Below, one piece after another: positions 14,294 through 28,622 of a stretch of DNA of 64,000 bases (positions are counted from its first letter, which is position 1; each line of letters begins with the position of its first letter). This stretch comes from Chrysomallon squamiferum (taxonomy: Eukaryota > Animalia > Mollusca): the NCBI GenBank assembly GCA_012295275.1, contig CM022665.1, positions 31,992,001 through 32,056,000 of the forward strand, given 5' to 3'. A program made the translations under genes and the position numbers. The notes beneath the pieces were generated by a model. That model saw only the letters and a program-made list of their open reading frames with translations, did not search any database and had not been told where the DNA came from.

Positions 14294-15029
14294 TTTAACT
14301 GACCAGTATTTAATATTAAATGAAAGTCTGGAATAATTATTAATACTACAGCACAGTAAAATTGAATATTTACCAAAATAATTAAAAAAAATATCTTCCA
14401 AGATAATAATTTAAAAAAATATATATATATTCATTAAAATAAAAATAAAAATTAGAATACATTTTTAAAAATTTAGTTACAAAAATATAAATAAACAAAT
14501 ATAAAAAGAAAGAAAGAAAAACATATTTATTTATTTAAATAAATAATAAGCAAATAAACAGACAAACAAATGCTGCAGACAATTAGAATTACTACTCATT
14601 TCCCATAACTGTAAATACAGCTATTCAGCTGACTTTCTAAACATTAATGATGTTAACCTCCAACTGGAAGAAAAGATCCCAGTGGATTTGGCAAAGTGGC
14701 ATTGGTTCTTCACCTGAAGTGGTCACTTCACTAGTAAATTGAATCTCAGTCCTTTGAGACCAGCAGAAAATAAACATTTAAAAAAAATAACTGTATTCAC
14801 AGCATCCGGAAGAAACTTGGTAATTCATCTTATACTGCAGGTGAAAAGGGTAAAATTACAGAGAAATCTTTTTTCTTTCTTTTTTCTTTTTCTTTTTTTC
14901 TAGAAACAAATCATTTAGCATCACAGGTTTTTTTTCTCAACTATGTTTCATTTTTACAATGTATAATTAGATTAGTATATTAATTTGTTAATGAAAACTT
15001 AATAGCATCATCAAATTAAGACTCAAATA

Positions 15030-15390
15030 TCTTTAATAACATTACAGTATAAGAAAATTAATCTGCTGCTGCCATTCTGTGTTATTCGTACTGATTAGGA
15101 GCAAGAAATATATACCTTGCTATATAACTTATTAAATTCATAGACAAATATCTTTAATAAAATGATGATATAAGAAAAACAACTATTTGCTACCACTGTA
15201 TGGGTTACTCTTATCTGTTAGCAGCAAGATATCTTTTACGTGTCCCTTCCCATAAACAGTATAAACATAAATCATGGCCTATGATAAACCTGTTGTGAGG
15301 CACCAGCAGAAATAAGTGAATGTGAATCAGGAGAGGATTGACCCTGTGATCTTTCACATCTGAGACTTTCATTTTAACCACTGAGCTACA
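15030..15390 (-). mobile_element. tRNA-derived SINE, near full length, with duplicated 3' tail
   Basis: Minus strand: TGTAGCTCAGTGGTTAA (A box)...GGGTCAATCC (B box)...GTGCCTCACAACAGGTTTATCATAGGCCATG...TATGGGAAGGGACACGTAAAAGATATCTTGCTGCTAA. The central block resembles (from memory) the conserved Deu/Nin-type SINE domain. The tail segment is repeated at 15030-15115 and 15150-15235. Confidence 0.75.
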
Positions 15391-16194
15391 GATTAATCTA
15401 TGTTCCCAGTCCATTTACAAAGATAAAAACTACAGATTGTGATTATAGAGCATTAACTTTAAAATTTATATATGTAAAACCTTGAATATAACTCATTAAA
15501 ACTCATTAAATATATCTAACTGTATAGCAGCTATTATTTATTTTATTAAGTGTCATCATTAATTTTCACCATGCCAGCCTTGAAAACAAGCATAATTAAT
15601 CAAGGGCGGAAAAAATAAAAAATAAAAAATAAAAATAAAAATTTATAACTTAATTAAATTTAAGTAAAAATTAAATCAATATTCTTCTGTGTAATATTTT
15701 TAATTACATTATTATATTTATTATGAGATAATGTTATTTTTAAATTATTATTAATAGTCAGTTTAATTCACTGCTATGAAAAATAAATTATTTAATAACT
15801 ATAATATAATCAGACAGAAAGATATTAAGAGCTATTTCATGTAAATTTAAAATAAATCAATATTAACCAATATTATAAGGTAGAAAACAAAAAATTGTTA
15901 AATCTTTAAAAAAAATATATATATATTTTTAATAGTTTAGTTATCACAGTATGTTTGAATAATATTTACAGTAATCAGTGTGAAAGGAAAATGCTGTAAA
16001 TAATTAATAAGATAAATAAATAGAAATATAAATAAATAAGTAAAAAAAGAAATAAATAAAAATAATAATACAAAATAATCAAATAAATAAATATTATAAT
16101 ACTAAAAAAAAATATATAATAAATAAAAATAGTAATAAATTAAAAAAAAAAATAAAGACAGATAATGAGAATAAATAAACAAGACACAACTCAC

Positions 16195-16221
16195 CAATGC
16201 ATTTTTCAGTATTTCATCCAT
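16195..16221 (-). CDS. Candidate (alternative) first coding exon, MDEILKNAL, of an unidentified minus-strand gene
   Basis: ataATGG Kozak context, 9 codons, phase-0 donor TTG|GTGAGT, upstream in-frame TGA. It lies at the edge of a GC-richer, CpG-retaining block (16200-16590) next to very AT-rich intron-like DNA. Confidence 0.5.
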
Positions 16222-16595
16222 TATTCCAAAACCTGTGTAACATCCAACATTGTTCAGTGAAAGTTGAACATGTACAAAGTTTGCATATAAACTTCAGTCG
16301 TTTCCACAAGAGTAAGCAAAAAGCTGCAGACACATCTTGATTGCAGCTATTTTTGACACACATTAGCAAGTTACCCACACTGCCACAGGAGATCAAGCCA
16401 GAACACAGATGTTTAGCAAAGTAAAAACCCCCATCATTCCATCTGCTTGGCCACGCCAGGAGAAAGTGAATGCATTAGTGACTTGTACCAAGTTTTTCAG
16501 GTACTTCCATAAGTTAACACGCACTCAAAGCATCAGTGCTCAAAAAGCATGCGTCATTTCAGTCATAATGGAGACATTAGCATGGTGCAGGTAAA
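16222..16595 (-). promoter_or_regulatory. Candidate promoter/5' UTR for the MDEILKNAL exon
   Basis: Locally raised GC with four retained CpGs; GC-box/KLF-type GGCGTGGCC (16449-16457, minus) and CRE-like TGACGCAT (~16549-16556, minus). Confidence 0.4.
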
Positions 16596-17749
16596 CCAGA
16601 AAAAAGTAAGAAATAACAGAAATATTCATATCATCTTTAAGAAAACAAACTCTTCCTGTTTTAGGAAAAACAGGATTTTTAGTTAATGCAGAAGACTGCT
16701 GCAGAGATTACGCAAAGAAAAACTGAGAAATAAGAATACAATTCTGGCATTTGCTTGTCTGTGCATACTCTGTGAATGATACAGCTGCTGATCAAAGCCA
16801 TAAATATGAATGCAGAATTAGCTATAGAGATACCAGGTCTTTTTACTTTCCAGTTTCTTCAAAACCATAATAAATAGAATTTTTATGACAAAATAATGTT
16901 TTTTGTTATCAATACTGCAATGTATATCTGTTTTACTTGAAAATTGAGCAACTACATGAATAATGACTATGAACTATGAAAAAAAAAAGTCAGTTGCTTA
17001 ACATGACAAAAAAAAAATCCATTGTTTAACTTGCATGTATGAATAAACTAATATCTAAACAAAGCAAAATGATCAAAATGATGATTGCCATCCTGCCTAT
17101 TATCTTAGCTAATATCTCTGCTTTCATTCATATGAATAAGGAAGCTATTAAGAAGTTAGGTCTGAAGAAATGTCACTGAAATTAACAGCTCTGTGAAATG
17201 TTGCAAACATATGCAATAACAAATACTGGATCAAAAAAATTATAAATTAAAATAAAATAAAATACTAAAGGAAAGTGTAAGTAAATAAATAAATTCTGAT
17301 GATGTCCAGTACCTGTGAGACTAAAGTTATAATGATAGTAACAAAATTATAAAAAAATAAATATATAATAAAAAAAAATTCAGTGGTCAAACATATACAG
17401 AAATTATATATATTTATAAAAACCAGTCTACTTTTTCACATTTGTGAAAGCACTTAAAATTAACCACCTTAGAATGTATGTAAGTAAAAGCAAAAATTCA
17501 TTTTTCTTCAGTCTTGAACATTGTAAAAGAAATTAAACAAATTCAGTGACATTTAAGCTTAGAATGAAACAGTTCAGAGAAAATAAAGAAACAAAAGAGA
17601 TAAATTAACTTTAAAAATATTATACTTTGGCCTTTGTCTTCATCAGTTATATGGCTAGCTATAAATAACACATCATGATTTATCTATAAAAAATGAACTA
17701 GATAACTATCCTGTAAGCTTAGTCCTATGACAGATAAAAGTATAATAAA

Positions 17750-17752
17750 AAC

Positions 17753-17790
<38 letters not shown>

Positions 17791-17947
17791 TAACAATAAC
17801 AATAATAATAATAGTAATAGTTGCGATAACAGTAATAGTAGGGATAGTAGTAGTACTAGTACTACTAGTAGAAATAGTAGTAGTACTAGTTATAATATTA
17901 GTAGCAACAGTAATAGTAACAGTAATAACAATAAAAATAATAATAAT
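17750..17947. repeat. Compound trinucleotide tract (AAT)n/(AAC)/(AGT)n
   Basis: Directly visible; explains ORF 17727-17975. Confidence 0.9.
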
Positions 17948-19704
17948 TAACCAGGTTTATACATTCATATTTTAACAACCTTACTGTCCTGCAAAAAGAT
18001 GAATCTCTTCATTTTTTTTGAAAAACTAATCCATGTCCTCCTCATTAAAGAGTTGCAAGTAAATGATCTGTTTCCAAATCACACAATGAATTGTCCAAGC
18101 CTAAATGATAGCAGTGTTGGGTAACCCTATGTCCTGACCACAACTAAACAACAATGAAGAAGTCAAAATGGTGATGGCTGTAATTCTTGTCACCAATAAA
18201 TTGTTATGTAATCATACAATGAAATCTCCTGTCCATAGCTGAATGATAGTGAAGAAATTAGAATGGGAAAACTTGCCAGTACAAATCACAAATAAATTAA
18301 CTGTGATAGAGTCACACAAAGGGAGTGACCCTCCCTAGCAGGTGGATATCAAAAGTGGGTGTGGCAGAGGATGGGTCACAGTGAGCTAGGTGCAACCCTG
18401 AAGGAGCCCTCAGATTTATTATAACAGCAACAAGACCTGTCAATCTGGGGAGGTATCAAATTACCTGTGATCACCTGGTTGATGTTTCCCAACAGTGGTT
18501 GAATATTTTGAGAAGTCAATCACAATTACAGGACTCCTTTCTTCTGGGTAAAATGTGTGTGTGGTGTGGGTTGATTTACCCAAACCGTTAGTATCAGGTT
18601 ACAGCAGTTTAGCCATTCAATCAAAATTGAATTATGTAAAATTACTGGTTACCCATCATTACGTTGTCACTACTGTGAACAAAAGATAATTTAACATGAA
18701 TGAACTACACAGTAGAAGATAATACAAAGGGATCCAGATGTAATCCCTAGTTAATTTCCTACCTAGAGGGATTTTCAGCATCATCATTTGGCAGCTGCTA
18801 TTATGTCAGAAATGAAAGAAACAATGTTTTTTATAAACATACATTACACAGTGGTTGTTTTTCACATTCTCTCCTTTTTCTTCTTTTGTGTGTGTGCATG
18901 GGTTTGGTGTGTCTTTTTAAAATATTATTTTTGTGTGCTTTTTTGTGCTTCTTTTTTTTTGATATATTTTTTTCTTGCTTTCCTTATTGTTTTCTGCTGT
19001 CCATTATGAAATCTTTGAATAGACTTCAAATATTATATTCATCTTCAGTATATTTTCAGACTGTGTATTAAATATCTTAATGGTATCTTTCTGTCAAATC
19101 ATTTTCTTTTAGATTATTTCTTTGTCGATATTAAACCTTTCACAGATCTTTCCTTTAGACATCACTATATCTTCTTTTTATAAATATTCAACTTATATCT
19201 ATATAGTCTATATTCATATACAGCATTGTATTCCATCCAGATAATAATGCATTAAATTACATACTGTAAATAAATAATTAAAAAATGTTTATATTATATA
19301 ATACTGAGTTTTGCAATGCCATAAAAATGCTTAATATCATTAAATATAAACAAGGATAGAAAATGACCATGTTGTATTTGTACTAAAATTAAGCTAAACA
19401 ACTTTACTCATATATATTTCAACTTATTTACAAACATAATTTGAATGGAAATAATGCCATTCATGTAGACCATAATCATTTATCTAAAATAAAATATTAA
19501 ATACAACAACTACTACTTGAAAGTATGATTTTGCAATGAACTTTGTACAAAAATGTAATCATTAAATTTTCTTATATGTTCCTTTTTTTGCTACAATTTA
19601 TTTATAAAACCATTATTTTAGTTATTGCTTCATTTGGATTATTTCCATCAGTTGCTTGTCAAGTCTGGGTGTATTGCTGTGTTGATTAATGGCTGGCTTT
19701 AATA

Positions 19705-19713
19705 ACTTCCGGT
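19705..19713 (-). promoter_or_regulatory. Class I ETS site ACCGGAAGT
   Basis: Perfect 9-mer whose CpG has survived in an otherwise CpG-stripped region. Confidence 0.3.
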
Positions 19714-20976
19714 TCAGACATAGAGTACAAGATGCAATCTCAAAGATATGGCTTCTAATCACATGAATTCAATTTATTTTAGAAAAAAAACAACAAAAAA
19801 AAACCCCAACTAAAAACAGGTGTCTTGAAACTTCTATACAGGAAATGTAACTGTCTTGGTAAGGATAAACTTTCTCTTGGGTAATGTCATTTCTAAGAAT
19901 TTTTATTTTTTTTATTATTACATTTTAAATAAAGTTTTGTTTGTGACTAATAAATAAAGATAGGTAAGTGTATGTAACCTTGACATTAAAACTGTTTCAG
20001 ACACTGGCATAGATTAATTGATAATACAAATTTATTTAAAGAAATTGCTTTTACAAAAATATTTTCTAAATATAATAACTCTAAGAAGCAACTGAAAATA
20101 AATTTCTTGCTTATGAAGATTTTGATATGTTCAATATAAGAAGGTTAAAAACAGACTTAAAACTAAATACGAAGAACAGAGGCATATAATCTATGCAATA
20201 AGAGAGAGACAAAAAGAGAGAAAATATGAAAAAGTATCTACAGATTTATAACAGTAAAGATACAAAACCAAAAAAAAAACCCAGAAAGATTCATGTGAGA
20301 TCCTCTTTCCAGCACATAATACTATACAATCTGCTAAGTAGCCATAGAGATAATGTAATCAGAATGAGAAAATATGCATTCTGTCTGAGAAGCAATTACT
20401 TTTGATGTTTTACTTGTTAGATAAGAACATGTCTTATTAAAGGTAAGAAAATGAAAGCACAGTTGAGTAGCAAAGCAATTTCTGAAAACAAAAGATGTTG
20501 GTCTGATACTTTAATTAGCAACTCCCCATCTGTTTGTGCTTACAACATACAATAAGCACCATGGCTTCCTTATCACAGAAGCAGGCTGTCTGAAAGGTAT
20601 ATAACAACTTGGCAAACTTCCATCTCCTTCTGTTCATTCATAAAACATTTGGTATTGGCATAGGAATGAAACTGCTTAGTTGAAGAATATATAGGCCTAT
20701 ATACATATACATAATGCAAATTATTTTGTATTATTTATCTGACTAGATGCCTAGAGATGTAGAAAGGTAGGAGAAAAGGTGATATTTTAGGAAATGAATA
20801 AATCATGTCTGAGAACTTTATGCCTACAGTAAATATGTCAACATAATAGAATACACCTTATGAACCTCAACATCTCAAATGTACATTATGTTAGATAGAT
20901 GGATATATATATATATATGTATACATATATGAAAATACTTACTGATAAATGGGATTATTTCATTCTAAAAGGATTA

Positions 20977-20977
<1 letters not shown>

Positions 20978-21012
<35 letters not shown>
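20978..21012. repeat. (TA)n microsatellite
   Basis: Directly visible. Confidence 0.9.
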
Positions 21013-21015
<3 letters not shown>

Positions 21016-22036
21016 AAAATAAGCAAATTAATTTAACTAGATAAATATGAAATAACAGACCAGTAGGTTTACTACATCACCATATGAGATCAGATCAAAA
21101 TATTTGTGTATCTTAACAGAACAATATATTAGAAAAAGGTATTAATATATCTTTATATATCAACTAATTATGCTACAAGTCACTGCAAAGAAATTTATGT
21201 TTTATATATTGCATCTCCCTATCATCAATATAAAATTATATTTCTAAATATCCCACTGCACTGGTTACAAAACACCCATCTTTCAAGAATGGAAATAAAA
21301 CAGACAATTTTAAAAGAGTTGGATCACTGGGTATAACATATGGTCAGCATGGCAGATATCAACCATAAGCAATTTGAGACTGACAAGTATCAATGATAAA
21401 ACTCAGTCAAGTCTTCCAGTGATGGGATGGAAGACTGCCAAACATATTCTGATCATTCACACTCTCTAAGATTAGGCCCAAGATGGCAATTATGATTTGA
21501 TTGGTTTATAATTGCCAGGTAAACAGTTCTGGGAGAAGCTTCCTCCCTTGAAGAGTTCTGCTTCCCGTTTTCCAGGTGTTTTTCATAATAACTGGCAGCA
21601 TGAAGGTTTAGGAAACTGGGCAGTAGGTTAATACAGCTGCAGATTTACTGGACAGGCCACCTCATTAGTTCCCTCTGTGATAGCTACCTGTGACAACAGC
21701 TGCTGCAGAAGGCACTGAAGTGATTTACTGGATAGAATCACCTTCTGTTGGAGTGTTAAGTCTGTACTAATTCCTAAATATTTTTTCTCTCATATTCAAA
21801 AACAATAATCAAGAGATATCTGGTACTAATTCTAGAAATGTTTTTCTCATACTTAAAAAATAATCAGGACATGGCAAAATAATTAACTTATGACTGAAGC
21901 ACTTGATCTCATTTATAAAAGTAAACACTAATTTAGTTCTACTAAGTTGCGATGAAAGTGTGGGGCTCTCATCTACTTGTACATATGAGTTATTTCCTGT
22001 CTCAGTCAATGGTCCATGGTTGATTGTATTCTCCTA

Positions 22037-22529
22037 CCTATGGGAAGGTGCAACCTTTAATTAATATGACTGAAATACAATTCTTTTGTCATGTTATCAT
22101 TATAAAATATTATTAAACAAACCAATAATTTTGCTACAAGTACAGGCTGGACTGGAAAATTATTTTCAAAATGTAATAAAGAATCATAGACATATATAAA
22201 GCTGTAGATTTATTCAAAATCTACCCTATGGGAAGCTGCAACCTTTAATTAATATGACTGAAATACAATTCTTTTGTCATGTTATCATTATAAAATATTA
22301 TTAAACAAACCAATAATTTTGCTACAAGTACAGGCTGGACTGGAAAATTATTTTCAAAATTTGTCATGATTTATTCAAAATTATGCAAAAATATTGATTG
22401 AAAACAAACCATTATAAAAATTTTAAACAAACCAATAATTTTGCTACAAGTACAGGCTGGACTGGAAAATTATTTTCAAAATGTAATAAAGAATCATAGA
22501 CATATATAAAGCTGTAGATTTATTCAAAA
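22037..22529. repeat. Recent complex local duplication
   Basis: Copy 1 22037-22219; copy 2 22225-22360 (5' part, 1 mismatch seen); scrambled filler 22361-22422; copy 3 22423-22529 (3' part). Confidence 0.9.
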
Positions 22530-25509
22530 GCAAGGCAACAATAAAAAAAAAAAAAAAAAAAAAAAATTAAATTAAAAAACAGTAATAAATAAACAAAAAT
22601 AAAATTACATTTTAATTATTTTTTAAATATATTTAAAATACACATTGCTGGAAAAAATGTCATAGTAGCAATACATTATGCCATAATGCTATAAAAACTG
22701 AAATATTTAATATAAACAGAACAGTTATTATTTTCATTTAATACTAACTTCTGAAAAATAAAACCTGCTAAGTTGGAATAACACTGCTTTAAAAAAACAG
22801 TCTAATAGGCAATATTGGAACATGGTAAATTATAAGGCTAACAGGAAACCATATGCTGAGATGTGGGTGCAATAAAAAATTTACGATAGAACCATTTTAA
22901 AATCTCCTAATTAAGTTTAAAATCATTCGCCTGCTGATCCAAGGATCTGCTGCCAAACAGCATGAAATGAAAACAACATACTTGCCACTGCAGAGATGCA
23001 ATAACACTGGGCTCTTTTTTTTATTATTTGTTTTTCTGTATTATGTTTTAAGAGAAACTGGATGAGTCAGTCATTTGAAACATTAAATATAAATTATTAA
23101 TGAATTTAACTATCAGTTAATATAATAAGATTTAAACTCATCTTTGTGGAAACACTGAGTAATAGATTTGATATAATATTCTGTGTGTGGTGTATATTGT
23201 TAATACATAAATAAATTTAAATCTCACTGTGAACAGGTTAAGTAATGTGTGCAAATAATTATATATATATATATGCTGTATATATATATATATAAATCTA
23301 TTACTGTGATCACATAGTATGTATAAATTTGAATATGTTATTGTGAATATGTTAAGTAATATATATAAATTTAAATTCTTTACTGACATCATGTTAAATA
23401 ATAAATATTAATTTAGTGAATAAAAACTGAGGAAAATCTTTTAAGTATCAGTTGTGGTCATGTTATCTAAACTAAAACGCCTTATGCTGCTAAAGGGTGT
23501 ATACCAAAAATAAAACTATATTTAAAAAGTGGATAAGGTAATGTGGGTTCGGAAACGTGTGATGCTGGTGAAAAATAATTTATCATTGTCAACAGCTTGG
23601 CACATGTGTAAAATATCAAACAAACATAAACAGTGAGGAATATTTTTTCTCTCTCTCTGTAAAAAAATATATATATATTTTTAAAAATTCATTTTTTTAA
23701 AAATAATATGACAGAAAAGGCCACAAAATGTTTACCTAATGCCATCAAAATGTCAAAGATGTTCTCACCTCACAATTTTACTTCAGATTTTTTGGGGGGG
23801 GGTTAAAATGTAAAAGAAATTCATTTCCCATTTCTGGTTTGTGCATGATGGATGGAAGAACAGAAGGATGGATCATAAACTTTTTAAAACAATAAGTATG
23901 AAATTAAATTAATAGTTTCACTTGTGCATTTTGCTATAGTAACCCAGTATAATTTTAAAATGACAGAATCATAAACCTAGTTGGGTAATACATTTTTTTT
24001 TTTTAATAGATTATTTTATTTTACATTGTTTTGTTTACACAATATTTCCCAAAATATCTGTCAGAAACAACATTATTAAAAGCAATAATTGTAAATTTTA
24101 TTTGAAGTAAAGGATTCATGAAACAGTATAAGTATACAAATAGAATATTAATGAATAGTTTGCTTGTGTCTTTTGCAAAAACTATAAACATTCACTCATC
24201 AATTTTTATTATTAATTTATTTGTTTATGTTTATTTTATATAACCTTCCTGTTTGTGAAAGAAAAGTATTAAGTTTGTTATTATTTAAATAAATAATTCT
24301 ATTTCTGAAAGACTCTTCAAAAAAGAAAATAACAAAATCCTAGGAAAAGGCATTGATTATTAACCATAACTCAGTCAGTGATGACTTTTTGAACACATGG
24401 CTTGCCAACAGTTCTTCCTTTTCACTGTGTGTGTGTTTGTTGCTTTTCTTCTATTTAAAAAAAAAAAAATCATAATCAGTAATAACAGACTATAATAGAA
24501 ATAAATCAATATAAATAAAATGCCACCACCAGCAACAAAAACAAACATTTATACTGTTCATTATTGTAAATGGCACATAAAAAAACTGTTATGGTGTACA
24601 TAATTTGTTTCACACAAGTCAGATAATTGCCTCCATGGCCCATGCAATTAGTGTCATGCTGACCAGGGCTTCTACAAATTAAACAATAAATGTTGAGGTG
24701 GTCAAGTGGTCTGGCATTGTGGTTTATGTCCCATCTGATTTTCTCAGACATTTCATGGCTACATGAGCTGGCCAGAATCACAAGTGCAGGAAACTTTCAC
24801 AGACTGTATGTGTTACTCCTGGTGAACAATCTCAAATAAGCTTAATATCATGTATTCTGTGACTCAGCTATTTAAATAAATAACATTAAAAGACAAATGT
24901 TTATTTATATTTTTATAATGCCACAGAAATATGTTCTGTAAATATTTTGAATGATCTACTGTCTAACACTAACAGCACAGAAGAACCATAATGCATACAA
25001 GAATAATGGAATATTCTTTCTTGGACTGTAAATAATTTATGTTTGAATGTGAACAGTGACAAAAAATTATGTAATTACCTCTGAATTTTGATAATAAAAA
25101 ATTATTTAATAAACTTTGAATCAGACAAGAAAAAAGTGTGAATCAGATAAGAAAAATTTATGTAACAATATATAAATCTAGGTAAAAAAAAAAAAAATAT
25201 CATGATATCTGAAAGTGGATAATGGAAACTGGTGTCTAAAAAACTAAATTAAGCAAGTTTCAAAAATGATTTTCAGCCAGATTTAAAGTGCTATGTAAAA
25301 ATGCAAACTGTAATGCAATTTATAATCCTTGGTAAATATGCTATTTTTGTCAGACTGCTCATTGAAAGGTTACTTCATACACCTGTAATAAATGAGAGCA
25401 AGCAGTACATATTCCACCAGTCTGCAGTAAATCAGCAAACAGTCAAAGTATGCACTGCAAATTGGCCAGTCATAAATCAATAGCAAACCTTCCAATATGT
25501 ACAGCCTGC

Positions 25510-25880
25510 ATCCTGAACAAGATGGTAACCAAATGGTTAGAAGATGATAAGTAATGAAAAAAAACAGGGTGGAGAAAGGTGGAAATATATTCTGATGATA
25601 TACAGAGAACAAGATGGTTAGATCATTATATGTTTTATATGGTAGAAAACAGGGATGGATTATTTGACAGTCAAATATGCAGAATCATCTCCCCAAACAA
25701 ATGGTTAGAAGATCTCTAAATGGAAGATCACTGCTATGAAGACTTCAGGGTGGAATGTAACAAGGGATATAACTGATTATGCAGAGCCAACTTCCTTAGC
25801 AAGATGTTTACTAAACAGAAGATCATAATGAATTGTAAGGAAGAAAAATGGGAAGGATCAAGTCATCTGACAGTTTGACA
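25510..25880. repeat. Degenerate ~95-bp tandem repeat, ~4 units
   Basis: Recurring AACAA(G/A)ATGGTTAG(AA)GATCAT...AAAACAGGG(T/A)(T)GGA. Confidence 0.6.
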
Positions 25881-27424
25881 AGTGATGGAGAGTTCATTAT
25901 GTCCTAAGAAGACAGGTGATGACAAAGATGAAATGTTTACCAACATTCACAGTTCTGATAGTGTCATCTCCCTGGGGGTTAATTAAAATCTTCCAGAGCT
26001 TGGCATGTTGTTTTAACAGAAGAATTAACTGATTTCTCTTATATACATATATATATATAATCATTTTTATACATATTCTGAGAAGGAAAAGGCTATTGTT
26101 CAGTTATCCCTATGGAGCAATGGCTCACAAGATCAGTTTTTATTGGTGCTCCAGGATTTATCCAGAGACATTGGTATCAAGTATTATATTGAAGGCATGA
26201 TGTAATGGAACTCTCTTCTTCACTGTAATACTTTACAATAGCCAATAAAGTAATGGTAATGGCTTCCTCTTTCATATTATCATTATTAAAAATCAGAGTT
26301 TCATTCAAAATAGTGTTAATAAACAATTATATATGTTCATTTAATACATTTCTCTGTAGAGGAATATTTTCACCTCATATGCTTTAACAAATCACCTTAC
26401 AAAAAATAGGTTACCCTTCACAAAATAATTGTCTGAACAAATTCTTCTGCAAATGCCAGTTAGCTTAATGACTTTGTACATAATACATTTCACCTCAAAA
26501 AGTTTATCATCAAGTTTTAACCACTGAAACAAAACCACATATCTCAGCCCAAGACTGTTTGTCATTGTACAAACAAATAATAAAACTAAATTAATAACAA
26601 ACAGTCTAACCAGGGGAGGATCTAGACATGTATATAAGGGGATTCTGAAAGTATATTTATTATGTTACATGTTTTTTTTAAATAATTATAACTACTTGGC
26701 ATTACATTATATTTAATACATTATTGCTTTAAAACACTTAAAGCGTTTATTTCATGGAAGAATGCAGCTGACAGAATCAACCTTTTATAATGAAAAGTTT
26801 AAAATTAAATATGTATTTGTCAATCACTGTAACCATCAAAGCTACAACATTCATCATTATTTCCTCATTATCAACAATTAAAAGTCTACAAAATAATAAA
26901 TTATTTTATTAGTTATAGAATAGTCATCCATCATCTTAATATTTACCATCAACAGCTGAGGCTGTGACTGTCTAAGACTCTAGGGACACTTTGGATCCAT
27001 CTCTCTGCTAATGCAAAGACAAATGGAAAATGCTGAAAGTGGTAAGAATGCTCTTGCTGTGTAGGTCATGACATTTTTAGAGAGGTTTAATGATGGCTGT
27101 GCTCGCAAAAATATACTCATCTATTCCCAGCAGAGCAATAAAGAAAATACTTGCAGCCAAATATCGATATGTTTGTAATGTGTTTAACAGACTCATTTGT
27201 TAAGGATGGGTACTAGGAAAGAACTGTTTTAATGAGTGAAAATGATACAAACATTCCTGTTTTGTTAAGAAGGTCTGACTCAGAAACAGAACTAGTTTAA
27301 TGAAGAAAAATGCAGAACTATTTCAGTCAACAAGCATTCTTAATCCACTGAATGGATAAATAGATGATTATACTGATTTAACAATATTACAATTATTATT
27401 AATAGTTATATGATTTCTTACCTT

Positions 27425-27540
27425 TCTTAAGAGAGATAAAACCTACTGGAGTTTTCAATTAGCAACAAGGAATATTTTATATAAACTTTCTCTGTAACTA
27501 ATCATGGGCAATGGACAGAATACTAAACAGTCCAGCGAAT
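27425..27540 (-). mobile_element. SINE 3' fragment
   Basis: TTTTCAATTAGCAACAAGGAATATTTTATATAAACTTTC matches the family's AAAAGATCCTTTGCTGCTAAT block in reverse. Confidence 0.5.
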
Positions 27541-28622
27541 ACACTGAAATGTAAAGTCTGACCAGCTACAGTCTCTATTGTGGAAACCAATATTTTATTA
27601 AAAATTATGAATATGTATATATTTTAAAGGAAAATAAAAAATATTTCATAATGAATTACTATGTATTAACCAATTTTATTAATAAAAACATACAAAAGCT
27701 TGGATGGATATTTAAAGTTAAGGAATAAAAAGTGAATTAGTTTAGTTGATATTTGCTGCTGTTATATTTTAAGACATGCCAAAAATTGTTAACTTCTTTT
27801 TCTGCTGGAATTATCTCCTGTTGATTCACCTGATAACTAGCTTTTAACCAATCAAATGAAAGAGTTTAATAGGTGAAAATAAGCAGTAATTCAAATCAGT
27901 GTCTATTATATTATTATTAATGTCATTTTAAGTTAAGTAATAAAAATAGACCTGATTTATTAGGGTGATTATAAACAAAATTTTAAGTGCACTCCAACAT
28001 TTTATTAATGTATTAGCAGTTTTAATGAAAGAAAAATATTGTTTTACATCTTTAGCATAAAGAACTTATATTTTACCCTATTATAAAATTATGTATGAGA
28101 GCATGTATTTGTGTATGTGTATGTGTAAGTGTGTATGTATTTGTATATATGTGAAACAGCTTCTGTATGTTGCTAAAAATAATTATAAATTTGTGATCCA
28201 GAATCTTTACATTACAATCTAACAAAGACATGTACTCCCAGTTTTTGGAAGGAAGCAACGGTTTCAAAATCAAAAGATTCTATGACTAATTGTTCTGTTA
28301 CATTTCTAGAGAGGCTCAACAATTATAAAATCAAATTACTGTATGATAAATGATCATGTTACAAGATGGCTATCCTTTGTTGAAAACTCAGAAAATAAAA
28401 GTAATTAATCTTTCCTTTTAACATTTTTATATGAGTCATGACTGAATTCAAAGGCACTGCTCTTTGCAATATTTCATTAGGTAATCATATGTGTCAGATT
28501 GCAGACACATACAACTAGACTTGTAGAATTGCTGTTGCTCTTAGCATATAGTTAACAAAGACATTATACATACATACATATATATGTACGTACATACATA
28601 AATACATACATACATACATATC

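Noticed and set aside
15340-15392. Functional tRNA gene
   Set aside because: A/B boxes are present but there is no intact cloverleaf, and it continues into the SINE body.
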